DNA of 64,000 bases from Promethearchaeota archaeon (GCA_048938855.1 JBHLLT010000009.1:1-64000), one strand, 5' to 3'; counted from the first letter of the stretch, positions 19,345 to 29,937 are shown. The notes: generated by a model not told the origin, from the sequence alone. Program-made: numbers and translations.

Positions 19345-20298
19345 TTAAATCCAAATTATATAATATTCCGAATAAATGCGGGATGCAAAATTAAGTATTA
19401 ATCTTAAGTCTCGATATCTTAGTTTTAATTTATCTCCTTCTTCATTATAATTGTTTGTTAAGAGACTTATATGTAAATTAATTTCTAAATTTTGGTTAAT
19501 ATCTTCATGCAAACTAATTTGATCACAATATTGTGTTAAAGCATTTAGATCCTCCCAAAAAGTATTCCAGAAATACTCATCTGCTTTGGTACTATTATCT
19601 TGTAATGGTTCTCGGGAAATATTTGTTAATATTTCATAAGGAACTTTGAGTGAAATTTCAACGTGTTTTGAAGGCATAAACGCCAAATTTATTTCTGGAA
19701 AATAAATATTTGCATAAAGTTGACAGATTCCATTTAAGAGTTCAAGATTCGTGATATTTTCACGATTAGCATTGCAAAGAACATATTTTTCATTCAAAAA
19801 GATTATATGTATTCGATCTTCAAATTTAAAGATTAAATGGTTTTCTGTCTTAAGATAGTCAAACTTTTCATTTCTGTTATGAATTCTATCTTCAAAAATC
19901 TTGTATGCTTCTTCCAATTTATTAAGCGAGATATATTTATTTAATTTTCGGTAATCACCATGGAAAAAAACATCTAAAAAATCAATTAAATATAGGTACG
20001 CATCAAAAGGTCTGTATATTACTGTTTTATTTCGAAAAAACCTCTCAACAACCCCTTTATGAACGCTATAACAAAATTTTGGCAAATCATCAATAAGCAG
20101 CCCACTTTTAATGCGAAGTTTTAACAAATGCCGCCTTGAACATTTTGGTTGTAAAGTACAGGCAATTCTATCCGGTTGACATTCCTCAAAACATAAATTA
20201 TCTATAGTATTACGCAGTAATTCGATTAATTCCGCTTTATTTTTTGTATCTGACTCATTGTCTAGGTATTTTAGAATGTCAGTCGAATGAAGTGGCAT
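19345..20298 (-). CDS. Hypothetical protein with N-terminal Cys cluster
   Basis: 317-aa ORF, CFEEC-x6-C-x5-C; 17 nt upstream of the HEAT gene. Confidence 0.75.
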   Translation of the reverse strand: MPLHSTDILKYLDNESDTKNKAELIELLRNTIDNLCFEECQPDRIACTLQPKCSRRHLLKLRIKSGLLIDDLPKFCYSVHKGVVERFFRNKTVIYRPFDAYLYLIDFLDVFFHGDYRKLNKYISLNKLEEAYKIFEDRIHNRNEKFDYLKTENHLIFKFEDRIHIIFLNEKYVLCNANRENITNLELLNGICQLYANIYFPEINLAFMPSKHVEISLKVPYEILTNISREPLQDNSTKADEYFWNTFWEDLNALTQYCDQISLHEDINQNLEINLHISLLTNNYNEEGDKLKLRYRDLRLILNFASRIYSEYYIIWI

Positions 20299-20504
20299 CG
20301 TTAAGAAGCTCTAATTTATTCTTTTATTTATTTAACCTATGAAATACAAATTATTAAAATCTAATATTTTTTATTATTCTTCTAAATATATTTAAAAGAA
20401 CAATAAAAATTACATTTGTATAATTATAAAAAATTATTAATTAACTAATCTTCTATTCATATAATAATAAAAATGTCCAATTATCATAATTAGGTTGAGA
20501 GATT

Positions 20505-22088
20505 ATGTTAAGACAAATTCATATCTTTCTAGAATCAGAATTATTGTTTGTTAAAAACTACGCAAAAGCTCTTGGAAGCGAGGAATTAAAGAACGTCAAA
20601 GCCATTATACAAAAATATATCGATATGCCAATGCCAGGGAAGACTTTTAAAAGACCTATATCTAACTTTCAAATTTTCCATAGAGCCTATGAAAATCTCT
20701 ATTTTTTGTTTATAACGGATATCGTAGATTCTCTTCAATATATTGATACAATAATGAAAAATACGATAGAAAAATTTAAAGAGTTCTTCCCAAATCCATC
20801 AGATATCGATCAGAATGAAACTGTCTTGGAAAATTTTAATCAATATTTAAACAACATTCAAAAAGAACTTCATTCTAAGATTGCTATAATTGGCCCAGCA
20901 TATTCAGGTAAAACTACTCTTTATAATATGTTAAGAACCGGGGAAGAGAAACCCCATATGGATTTTGCAAAAACCTCAACTCTCGAAATTAATGGTATAT
21001 CTTTTGATTTATGGGATTTTCAATTGAATGATAATTTTTCTCTTTTATGGTCGAAATTTGTCCGTGGTTCTGATTTATTGATACTTTTTTTCAATTTAGC
21101 TAATTATAATTTAAAAATGATGAATTTCTTTTTAAATCTACATAAAAATGAAAGTAATTACTCTAAACTATTGATAATTGGAAATAAAAGGGATTTAGTA
21201 GAAGATACTGATCTTAAAAGAATAAGAAATGAGCTAAGTATTCCTGAATTTAAAGAAATATCGTTAAATAACCCAGATGCGAAATCTGAGATAAAAGAAT
21301 ATATTACTGAAATTCTTGGCTTAAAAGAAGAACTCCCTGAAAATTTTGAACGCCTTGTTAAAGAAGCAGATAATTTAGTATTAGGAGGAAAAAAGATTCA
21401 AGCATTAGCGAAATATAAGGAAATATCGGTTTTAAGTGAACCATATCAAAATATTATGTTTACTAAGAATTTAAAGCAAAAAATTGATGATCTCAATCAA
21501 AAAATAAAACAAGACTTAGATAAAAGAAAAGAATTTGAAAAAGCTAAAAAATTTGAGGTTGCAAAACCACTACTATTTACACGAAAAGTAACAGTAAAAC
21601 CCCTCCCTACATCAAAATCTTTAGGTAAACCTCCAGATCAAGAACCTTTAGAAAAAGAACTTACCACTGTACCAGAAAGAGCTCCCCAAAAACTTGTCTC
21701 GTTTCAACAATTAGAAAAAGAACAGGAAATTATATCACCAAAAGTCACAAAACCCCAATTAAAAGTCATAAAAAAGATACCCCCGCCTAAAGAAATAAGA
21801 AAAGAAACATCTCCTGCAAAAACAACTGATTCTTCTGCCCCTAAAGCAAAAATGCCATTGGAACTATTTGGAGATCATGAAGATATAAAAAAGGACATGG
21901 GAAAACCCCTTATTATAGATTTCACTAAACAGTTACAAAAATTGATTACTGAAAAAGGAAGTTCACTTAGCTTGAATTTGTGTGAAAATCTAATATCCGA
22001 ACTACAAAAAACTTTAGGTAGACCTTTAACCATTGAGGATATTAAATTAGCAGCTGATTTCTTTGTTAAACAAGAAAAATTATCTTAA
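20505..22088 (+). CDS. Longin + Ras-superfamily small-GTPase-like multidomain protein
   Basis: N-terminal longin pattern (FQIFHRAYENLYFLFITD), G1 GPAYSGKT, degenerate G3 WDFQL, G4 NKRD, then helical bundle and Pro/Lys-rich linker. Confidence 0.8.
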   Translation: MLRQIHIFLESELLFVKNYAKALGSEELKNVKAIIQKYIDMPMPGKTFKRPISNFQIFHRAYENLYFLFITDIVDSLQYIDTIMKNTIEKFKEFFPNPSDIDQNETVLENFNQYLNNIQKELHSKIAIIGPAYSGKTTLYNMLRTGEEKPHMDFAKTSTLEINGISFDLWDFQLNDNFSLLWSKFVRGSDLLILFFNLANYNLKMMNFFLNLHKNESNYSKLLIIGNKRDLVEDTDLKRIRNELSIPEFKEISLNNPDAKSEIKEYITEILGLKEELPENFERLVKEADNLVLGGKKIQALAKYKEISVLSEPYQNIMFTKNLKQKIDDLNQKIKQDLDKRKEFEKAKKFEVAKPLLFTRKVTVKPLPTSKSLGKPPDQEPLEKELTTVPERAPQKLVSFQQLEKEQEIISPKVTKPQLKVIKKIPPPKEIRKETSPAKTTDSSAPKAKMPLELFGDHEDIKKDMGKPLIIDFTKQLQKLITEKGSSLSLNLCENLISELQKTLGRPLTIEDIKLAADFFVKQEKLS

Positions 22089-22266
22089 TTATTAAATTTT
22101 TTAAATCTAAAATTTTAAATCTATTTTATTAGTTCAATAAAAGTTCACAACACACTTCTTTTAAAATAATTCTATATTCAAATAAATAATAGCATATATC
22201 TTATGCAAATTTTTACCTATTTTTGGTAAAATATAATTTAAAAATATTCAAACAGAGTGTTTAAAA

Positions 22267-23763
22267 ATGAGTGCTATTAAAGAGCTTCGTGAATACTTTA
22301 CTGAATTGATGAGGCTGAATTACATACAAGCTTTACTTGGTTGGGATCAGGAAGTTAATATGATGAATTATAAATCGGTTAAAGGAAGATCAGAACAACG
22401 AGCACTAATGACTCAACTAATTCATAAACGATTAATATCAGAAAAAGCAGGATCCTTAATAAAAAAGGCAGAAAAGATGAATAATCTTAACGAAATTGAT
22501 TCAGCAATGCTTCGAGAAGCTAAAAGGGTATATGATCAAGAAACTAAATTGCCAGAAGAGCTAGTAGTAGAAATAACTAAAACAGCTGCTTTATCTCAGC
22601 AAACATGGCAAAAAGCAAGGCAAGAAAAAGACTTCGAATCTTTTATCCCTTTACTAGAGAAAACTATTGAATTGCAGATAGAAAAAGCAGAAAAACTTGA
22701 AACTCATCCAGATTTATATTCTACTTTAATAGATTTATATGAGCCAGGAGCAACGTATAATTCCATTGCCAAAGTCTTCGATCCAATAAAGCCAAAGCTA
22801 AGTGATATTGTAAAGAAACTTAACTCTTCATCAAACAAGCCGGATGATTCAATATTACATAAAAATTATGATATCGATAAACAATTCGAACTTAGTTTTG
22901 AATTAATTAAAAAATTTAATTTTGATATAGGTTATGGTCGTCAAGATAGATCAACGCATCCATTTACTCAATCGTTAGCTCCATTAGATGTGAGAATTAC
23001 TACCAGAACAACAGAAAATTTCCTAAATGAATGTATATTTGGTACTATTCATGAATGTGGACACGCTCTTTATGAGATGGGTATTAATGAGGAATTGCAT
23101 GACACAATTTTATGTACTGGTACTTCAATGGGAATCCATGAATCTCAATCACGAACCCTAGAAAACTATGTCGGACGAAGTAAAGAATTTTGGACATATT
23201 GGTATCCTAGCTTTCAAGAGTATTTCCCTGAAAATTTAAAAAAATATCCTTTAGAGGAATTTTATAGAGCTATAAATATTGTTAAACCTTCTTTTATTAG
23301 GGTAAATGCGGATGAGGTCTCCTATGGTTTACACATTATCCTTAGATTTGATTTAGAAAGGGATCTAATTGATGGAAAAGTCCGAGTAAGTGAATTACCT
23401 GAAGTATGGAACTCTAGATTTGAAGAGTTACTAGGGATTATTCCACCTGATGATAAGGAGGGTGTATTACAAGATATACATTGGTCTATGGGATACTTTG
23501 GTTATTTCCCCACTTACTTTCTGGGGACATTGTACGGAGCACAAATCTATAGTAAAGCTTTAGAACAAATTCCAAAATTACCCGAGGAATATAAGAAAGG
23601 TGAATTTTCCAACATTGTAAAATACTTAAGAGAAAATATTCATCATCATGGCGCAGTTTATAGAGCTGAAGATTTAATTAAAAGAGTTACAGGAGAAAAT
23701 TTAAATCCTGAATATTTCTTCAATTACGTAGAGAAGAAATTTTACCCTATCTATGGATTATAA
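22267..23763 (+). CDS. M32 carboxypeptidase (carboxypeptidase Taq family), paralog A
   Basis: LLGWDQ, HPF, HECGHALYE, HESQSR, IRVNADE, QDIHW, GYFPTY. Confidence 0.95.
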   Translation: MSAIKELREYFTELMRLNYIQALLGWDQEVNMMNYKSVKGRSEQRALMTQLIHKRLISEKAGSLIKKAEKMNNLNEIDSAMLREAKRVYDQETKLPEELVVEITKTAALSQQTWQKARQEKDFESFIPLLEKTIELQIEKAEKLETHPDLYSTLIDLYEPGATYNSIAKVFDPIKPKLSDIVKKLNSSSNKPDDSILHKNYDIDKQFELSFELIKKFNFDIGYGRQDRSTHPFTQSLAPLDVRITTRTTENFLNECIFGTIHECGHALYEMGINEELHDTILCTGTSMGIHESQSRTLENYVGRSKEFWTYWYPSFQEYFPENLKKYPLEEFYRAINIVKPSFIRVNADEVSYGLHIILRFDLERDLIDGKVRVSELPEVWNSRFEELLGIIPPDDKEGVLQDIHWSMGYFGYFPTYFLGTLYGAQIYSKALEQIPKLPEEYKKGEFSNIVKYLRENIHHHGAVYRAEDLIKRVTGENLNPEYFFNYVEKKFYPIYGL

Positions 23764-23913
23764 TTTTATATTTTATTATTTCAAATTATATTTCTTTTTT
23801 TTATATCAATCTCGTTAAATTCTAATTATTAGAGCAAAAAACCGAAATCTTTTTGTAGAACATTACCTAGCATTCTCTATATATTTTACTTATAACTTTG
23901 AAGTGATTAAAAT

Positions 23914-25404
23914 ATGAATGCTATGAAAGAACTTTGGGAGTATTTTAATGAAATAATGCAACTTAGTTATATTAGCGCTATTTTAGGTTGGGATCATCAT
24001 GTCAATATGCCGAAAGGATCAGTAAAAGGAAGAGCTGATCAGATGGCGTTAATGCAAAATATGATTCATTCACGAGTAAAGTCTAATAAAACAAGCAATT
24101 TGATCAAAGAAGCTGAGAAATTAGACGGCTTATCTGAAACTGAATTAGCCATGATACGTGAGGCGAAACGAGAATATGAACATGCAACTAAGATTCCCGA
24201 TGAGTTAGTTTCTGAAATCGCTAAAACATCGTCCTTAGCACATATAGAATGGGAAAAAGCAAGAGAAAAAGGTGATTTTTCAATATTTAAACCTTATCTT
24301 GAGAAAATTATTAAGTTACGAATAGAATTTGCTGAAAAACTTGATACTGGACCAACACTATATTCTACATTACTAGATTTATTCGAACCAGGGGCTACTT
24401 ATGATTGGATATTAAAAATCTTTAATGGATTAAGACCAAAATTAGTAAAGATTGTTGAAAAATTAAATAGTGCTTCCGATAAACCTAATCAATCAATTTT
24501 AAAGAAACATTACGATGCTGAAAAGCAATGGCAATTAAGTCTTGATATTATAAAGAAGCTTAACTTTGATTTTAATACAGGGAGACAAGACAAAGCTACA
24601 CATCCTTTTACTATTTCTTTATCCTCAATAGATACAAGAATTACAACTAGAATACGAGAAGATTTCCTTCCTGATTGTCTTTTCTCAACTATTCATGAAT
24701 GTGGTCATGCTTTATATCAAATGGGTTTTAAAGAAGAAATTCATGGAACAATTTTAGCAGAAGGATGTTCTATGGGTATTCATGAATCCCAATCGAGATT
24801 ATGGGAAAATATTGTAGGTCGAAGTAAAGAATTTTGGAAATATTGGTATCCTATTTTTCAAAAAACTTTCCCAGAAAATTTAAAAGATTATCCTATGGAA
24901 GAATTCCATCGATCCATAAATGTGGTACAACCATCATTTATCAGAGTAGATGCAGATGAAGTAACTTATGGATTACATATAATATTACGGTTTGAATTAG
25001 AGAAAATGATAATTGAAGAAAATTTACAAGTGAATGAATTACCAGAATTATGGAATGCTAAAATGGAAGAATTATTAGGAATAATACCCCCCAATAATGC
25101 TCTGGGAGTTTTACAAGATGTTCATTGGACTTCAGGATTCGGTTATTTCCCTTCTTATGCACTCGGAAATCTCTACGCTGCTCAAATTTATAACCACGCC
25201 TTAAAACAAAATCCTAGTCTTCCCCATGATTATGAAAAGGGTGAATTTTCCAATCTTTTAGATTATTTGAAAGAAAATATTCATCAACATGGTTTAATTT
25301 ACAGAGCACCAGATTTAATTAAAAGAATTACTGGAGAAGATTTAAATCCTGACTATTTTATTAAATATGTCGAAACTAAATACTATCCAATTTACGGAAT
25401 TTAA
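23914..25404 (+). CDS. M32 carboxypeptidase, paralog B
   Basis: HPF, HECGHALYQ, HESQSR, IRVDADE, QDVHW, GYFPSY. Confidence 0.95.
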   Translation: MNAMKELWEYFNEIMQLSYISAILGWDHHVNMPKGSVKGRADQMALMQNMIHSRVKSNKTSNLIKEAEKLDGLSETELAMIREAKREYEHATKIPDELVSEIAKTSSLAHIEWEKAREKGDFSIFKPYLEKIIKLRIEFAEKLDTGPTLYSTLLDLFEPGATYDWILKIFNGLRPKLVKIVEKLNSASDKPNQSILKKHYDAEKQWQLSLDIIKKLNFDFNTGRQDKATHPFTISLSSIDTRITTRIREDFLPDCLFSTIHECGHALYQMGFKEEIHGTILAEGCSMGIHESQSRLWENIVGRSKEFWKYWYPIFQKTFPENLKDYPMEEFHRSINVVQPSFIRVDADEVTYGLHIILRFELEKMIIEENLQVNELPELWNAKMEELLGIIPPNNALGVLQDVHWTSGFGYFPSYALGNLYAAQIYNHALKQNPSLPHDYEKGEFSNLLDYLKENIHQHGLIYRAPDLIKRITGEDLNPDYFIKYVETKYYPIYGI

Positions 25405-25425
25405 TTTTTTTTTTTTTTTTTTTTT
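25405..25425 (+). terminator. Oligo-T archaeal terminator (T21)
   Basis: 21 consecutive T immediately after the stop codon. Confidence 0.6.
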
Positions 25426-25495
25426 AAAGTAAATATTTGGTAAAGATTTATTTTAATATATTCTTAATTTTAAGAAAGAAGTTATGTATTAATCT

Positions 25496-26089
25496 ATGCT
25501 ATTACAGATAAAAAAATTTTCTGAAAAATTATTACTGCCTTTAGGTAAGAAATTAATAAAAGTACCTGCTAATTATCTCACATTATTCGGTTTGATATCG
25601 GCAATAATCACCTTTTTTGGATTCATTTTTCATTGGTTAATAATTATAATCGTTTTTCTTTTTATTACAGAATTTTTTGATCAATTAGACGGAGTAGTAG
25701 CAAGACTTCAAGGTCCTACGCTATTAGGAGGTTTTTTAGATTCTACGTTAGATAGGATCGGAGATTTTTTTTTATTTGTTGGAATTATTTTTGGAGGATA
25801 TACAACACTTGAAATTGGTATTTTAGTTCTTGTTGGGGCTTTCTTAACTTCATATACTAGAGCTAAGATTGAAGCGTTAGGAATAGATAATTTATATGGT
25901 GTTGGGATACTAGAAAGAACTGATCGAGTGCCAGTATTATTTATTGGATCGATATTGCAGATCTGGTTTACCACAGCCCTATGGTGGACCATGATCTTTT
26001 TAGCAGTTGGAACAAATATAACTGCCCTACATAGAATTATCTATGCTTTTCGTAAACTTCCTAAAAAAGAAACAGAAAAAAAAGAATAG
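25496..26089 (+). CDS. CDP-alcohol phosphatidyltransferase (archaetidylinositol-phosphate-synthase-like)
   Basis: ANYLT, DQLDGVVAR...GGFLDSTLDRIGD, SYTRAKIE, ERTDR. Confidence 0.9.
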   Translation: MLLQIKKFSEKLLLPLGKKLIKVPANYLTLFGLISAIITFFGFIFHWLIIIIVFLFITEFFDQLDGVVARLQGPTLLGGFLDSTLDRIGDFFLFVGIIFGGYTTLEIGILVLVGAFLTSYTRAKIEALGIDNLYGVGILERTDRVPVLFIGSILQIWFTTALWWTMIFLAVGTNITALHRIIYAFRKLPKKETEKKE

Positions 26090-26101
26090 GTTAATTAATT
26101 C

Positions 26102-28378
26102 TTAAGTTTTAATCCTGTTTATCTTTTTCCTGAATAAAATAACTATAAAAATTAACGAAGGCATGATTAAAATACATATCCAGGAGATAATAGTCTCAGG
26201 AATAACATTAACTGCTTGTAGAATATCTTCAATAACACCATAGGGTGCAAGTGAGGCTCTAGCATTAAATGCAACTACTAAATCCAATGTGGGATGAACG
26301 AATATTACTTGACCCTGATAACCCTCTGCTGTGAATCCATTTAACTCTCCAGAAATCCACCATTGGAAACCATATCCAGTTAAAAATCCCGAAGGACCAA
26401 ATCCATTGACTGGAATTCCCTCAATATGGTTTCTTGAAGAATAACTTATCCATTGAGGCGAAATTATTTGTAATGGGTTAAGTGGTCCTCCTTTCCACAG
26501 TCCTTTATCTAAATATAATTGACCAAGTTTTGCCATATTCCGAGGAGTCAAAAAGAGTCCTATTCCTCCATATGAATCACCATTAGTATCTGTCATCCAT
26601 ACAACATCATTATCCTCAATTCCCATTGGCCTAAAAAGATTTTCTAAGCCAAATTCTCTAGCAGATTTTCCTGTTGTTTTTTTAATAATAGCAGAAAGTA
26701 AATGCGATGCCCCAGAAATATATTGAAATATTGTTCCTGGTTCTGCTAACATAACCTTATCAAGCACGTATTGAACACTATCCGGACTAAAATACATTCT
26801 TCTTAAATCATCGTTACTAGGTTCTTCATGCCAAGTTATTCCCGAAGTCATAGTAAGTAAGTGTTTGATGGTCAAATTCCTCTTACGAGAATCAACATTA
26901 GAAAAATTATATTCTGGAAAGAAATCAATGACATGTTGATTTATGTTATTGATAAATCCTTTACTGATTGCTATCCCTATCAGAGCTGATGTAAAACTTT
27001 TGGTAGCTGAGAATAGAACATGCTTTGAATTGCGTGTGTAAATATGATTCCCGTCATTGTAATATTTTTCAAAAATTAATTTACCATGACGTATAACTAC
27101 TAAACCATGGAGTAAATGACTCCAATCTTCACTAATTTCACTTAATAAAGATGAATCCATCCACTGAGCCTCTGGAGTGGATGTTGGCCAATAATCAATT
27201 TGTCTATTATTAGAAATTGAAGCAAAATCTCCCCATAACTTAATAGTCCAATCCCAACTTCCAGAAGCTAGAATTGAACCATCAGGAGAGAAATCAATAG
27301 ATTCAATAATATGATTATGCCCTTGCAATGTTTCTATAACATTTTTATTAGGTATGTCCCAAAGTTGAATTGAAGAATTTTGCATATCCCCAAAGGCTTC
27401 CCAAAAAGTATTAGGTTTTGGCCAATAATCCAGATCACCTACAGCAGCAGCTAAAATTGAATTGTTATTAGAAAAAGCCACTGACCATATTTCTTGATTA
27501 GGAGATGAAAACTTTTCTAATAATTCACCAGAACTTATGTTCCAAAGGTTAATACTTTTATCAAAACTGCCAGATGCTAGTATTGTTTCATCTGTTGAGA
27601 GCGATATTGATGAAACAATAAATGTATGATTTTCAAAAGATTTAATCTCATTACCGGAGCTAACATCCCATATTTTAACATTATAATCCCAACTACCTGA
27701 AGCTATCCATGATCCATCTTTTGAAAATAATACAGAAGTTACAGCATTAGTATGTCCTGTAAAATTCTGTATTACATCTCCATTACTTACATTCAACAAT
27801 TTTAGAGTATCCTCTTGTGGTTGAGAGAAAGTTCCACCCCACTCTCCTCTTCCCACAAGTAATGATTTTCCATCTGGAGAAAATGCTAAATCCATAGCAA
27901 TGTAAGGAGATATTGACCATGATTGTATTAATGAACCTGTGGACAAATCCCAAAGATTTATCTTTTTTCCCCAACCCCCAGATGCTAAAATTGAGCCATC
28001 TGGTGAGAATGCTAATGATATTACACTATAATAATGACCTTCTAGAGTATTTAAGACTTCACCACTAGAGACATCCCATAATTTAATACTCCCATCATGG
28101 CTACCAGAGGCTAAAACCTGGCCATCTGGTGAAAATATTACCTTTTGAACCTCCCAACCGTGTCCCGTCAAATTAGCGAAGTTTTTATTATATTTAGTTG
28201 AGGTACGGGGGGGATATAAATCATCACCGTATGGGTTTTGAGAACGTGTACCAGTATATTTTGTATTTAACCAAGGAAAGGGAAAAAATGTCAATCCTAA
28301 TAATAATATAGAAAGAAAAATAATTTTTTTAGTATCGATTTTCAACATAGATTCATTCACCATGAATATTGAATTCAA
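26102..28378 (-). CDS. Membrane-anchored WD40-repeat / beta-lactamase-like serine hydrolase fusion
   Basis: N-terminal TM/signal; about seven GH...FSPDG..LASGS.D..IKLWD repeats; SATK (SxxK), LLTMTSG, FQYIS, YGFQWW, AEGYQGQ; C-terminal TM plus basic tail. Confidence 0.9.
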   Translation of the reverse strand: MNSIFMVNESMLKIDTKKIIFLSILLLGLTFFPFPWLNTKYTGTRSQNPYGDDLYPPRTSTKYNKNFANLTGHGWEVQKVIFSPDGQVLASGSHDGSIKLWDVSSGEVLNTLEGHYYSVISLAFSPDGSILASGGWGKKINLWDLSTGSLIQSWSISPYIAMDLAFSPDGKSLLVGRGEWGGTFSQPQEDTLKLLNVSNGDVIQNFTGHTNAVTSVLFSKDGSWIASGSWDYNVKIWDVSSGNEIKSFENHTFIVSSISLSTDETILASGSFDKSINLWNISSGELLEKFSSPNQEIWSVAFSNNNSILAAAVGDLDYWPKPNTFWEAFGDMQNSSIQLWDIPNKNVIETLQGHNHIIESIDFSPDGSILASGSWDWTIKLWGDFASISNNRQIDYWPTSTPEAQWMDSSLLSEISEDWSHLLHGLVVIRHGKLIFEKYYNDGNHIYTRNSKHVLFSATKSFTSALIGIAISKGFINNINQHVIDFFPEYNFSNVDSRKRNLTIKHLLTMTSGITWHEEPSNDDLRRMYFSPDSVQYVLDKVMLAEPGTIFQYISGASHLLSAIIKKTTGKSAREFGLENLFRPMGIEDNDVVWMTDTNGDSYGGIGLFLTPRNMAKLGQLYLDKGLWKGGPLNPLQIISPQWISYSSRNHIEGIPVNGFGPSGFLTGYGFQWWISGELNGFTAEGYQGQVIFVHPTLDLVVAFNARASLAPYGVIEDILQAVNVIPETIISWICILIMPSLIFIVILFRKKINRIKT

Positions 28379-28518
28379 AATATTATGACGGGTTAAAAAT
28401 AAGTGCCTTTCTTACACTCTTTTCTTCCTTATGAAATTTGGATTATTAGTTACTATTTAAAGATTTGGTTTTCGTGAATTATAGACCTAAAAAAAGTGAA
28501 CAAAAAATGTTGTTTTTT

Positions 28519-29844
28519 CTATAAAAATTCTAATAGCTTTTCTAAATCAAATAATCCATTTGCTTCAGCTTCACGTGCTTTTTTAAGAAGATTAGTAGCA
28601 TTTTTACTTTTTTCGTTTATTCCAATTGGTTTTATTGTCAATTTATTCATATCAAAAGGATACATATCAGCTACTTTCGTTAAGTTTCTTGCTACTATTT
28701 CATAATTTTTAATAGCCTTATCTAAATATGGTTTCAAATTTAAGTTTAGCCGATTTTTAGCTTCTTGTAAGAAATTCACAGCTTCTTGGCGGCATTCTGC
28801 CCAAACTCTAGAATTATATGCATGACCAAATTGTTCCGCATTACCACTTTTTACCCACTTAATCCATCTATCAAAGCCTGCCAATCCAGAACTATAACCT
28901 GAATAAATCCAATCTTTTGGATTTTTGGAGTGCTTTAGAACCATTTGAAGAGCCTTTTTAACTTGAGTAGAGTGATCAACTTGAGTAGTTGTTTTCTTAA
29001 CAGAATATAACCTTATAAACATTTCACCTATATCTTTCCAAGGTTTAGGTCCAGCACCTTCTTCTTGGAAATATCCCTTATAATAATATCCCACATTATC
29101 ATAGCCGTAGATTACATAAAATTCTTTAATTTCTCCAATTTGCCAGCCATAGCAAGGGTTATTTTGATCTATTGATGATTTTACAAACTCCCATCCATTC
29201 TTTACTTTCTCCCGATAATCTGGATAGCAGGCTTCTGCAAAATATTCATCAATTTTTATTCCAATATTTTTTGTTAATTCAATTATCATTTCATTTTTCC
29301 AAGCTGTTGGTCCGCTAGGGCATATATTGTCTCTTATATTGATAATAAATGCATGACCAGTAATTCCAAATAACCATGATTTTGAGAGATTGACCCCGAG
29401 ATATTCTATACAGCCATGCAATGAAGCTAATTGAGACACCCAATATCTTTTAAATTCTATATTACTCAGCATTTTAATATTTGATAAGAATTTCATATAT
29501 TCTTGACTTAACGATTTGCGTGAACCTATATCACTAAATTGTGATTCTTTATAGAGTGCAATTGTATTGCGAACTAAAATTTTACCATCCTCAGTAATTT
29601 CATAATGTCCTCTCTCAACTCTTTTAATTAATTTTAGATTTTCAAGTTGAGATAAATGGTTTGCAAGTGCTGTTTTGCTTAGTTCTGTGAGTTTTTTCAA
29701 ATTAGAAAAATCGCAATTATTTTCAAGACATAAAAATTTTAGAATATGTAACCTTTTAGGATGGGCTATTGCTTTAAAGTATTCTGTTATATTTACAATT
29801 TCACCATCAGAAATCTTAAACTGATCCTTTTCATCAGAGTCCAT
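28519..29844 (-). CDS. ArsR-family winged-HTH regulator with large C-terminal (BtrH/peptidase-like) domain
   Basis: FKAIAHPKRLHILKFL...LSKTALANHLSQL; C-terminal WLFGITGHAF, CPSGPT, VIYGYD..GYY. Confidence 0.7.
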   Translation of the reverse strand: MDSDEKDQFKISDGEIVNITEYFKAIAHPKRLHILKFLCLENNCDFSNLKKLTELSKTALANHLSQLENLKLIKRVERGHYEITEDGKILVRNTIALYKESQFSDIGSRKSLSQEYMKFLSNIKMLSNIEFKRYWVSQLASLHGCIEYLGVNLSKSWLFGITGHAFIINIRDNICPSGPTAWKNEMIIELTKNIGIKIDEYFAEACYPDYREKVKNGWEFVKSSIDQNNPCYGWQIGEIKEFYVIYGYDNVGYYYKGYFQEEGAGPKPWKDIGEMFIRLYSVKKTTTQVDHSTQVKKALQMVLKHSKNPKDWIYSGYSSGLAGFDRWIKWVKSGNAEQFGHAYNSRVWAECRQEAVNFLQEAKNRLNLNLKPYLDKAIKNYEIVARNLTKVADMYPFDMNKLTIKPIGINEKSKNATNLLKKAREAEANGLFDLEKLLEFL

Positions 29845-29937
29845 ATTATTTTAATATTATAGATTTTTGACATATAAACTTATTCATAAAAAAGTTAAAT
29901 ATTAGAACTATTTGTCATGAATAATATTGAATCTATT

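Noticed and set aside
27230-28170. Periodic DNA repeats that might be a CRISPR or tandem array
   Set aside because: They are coding WD40 repeats; no constant repeat with unique spacers
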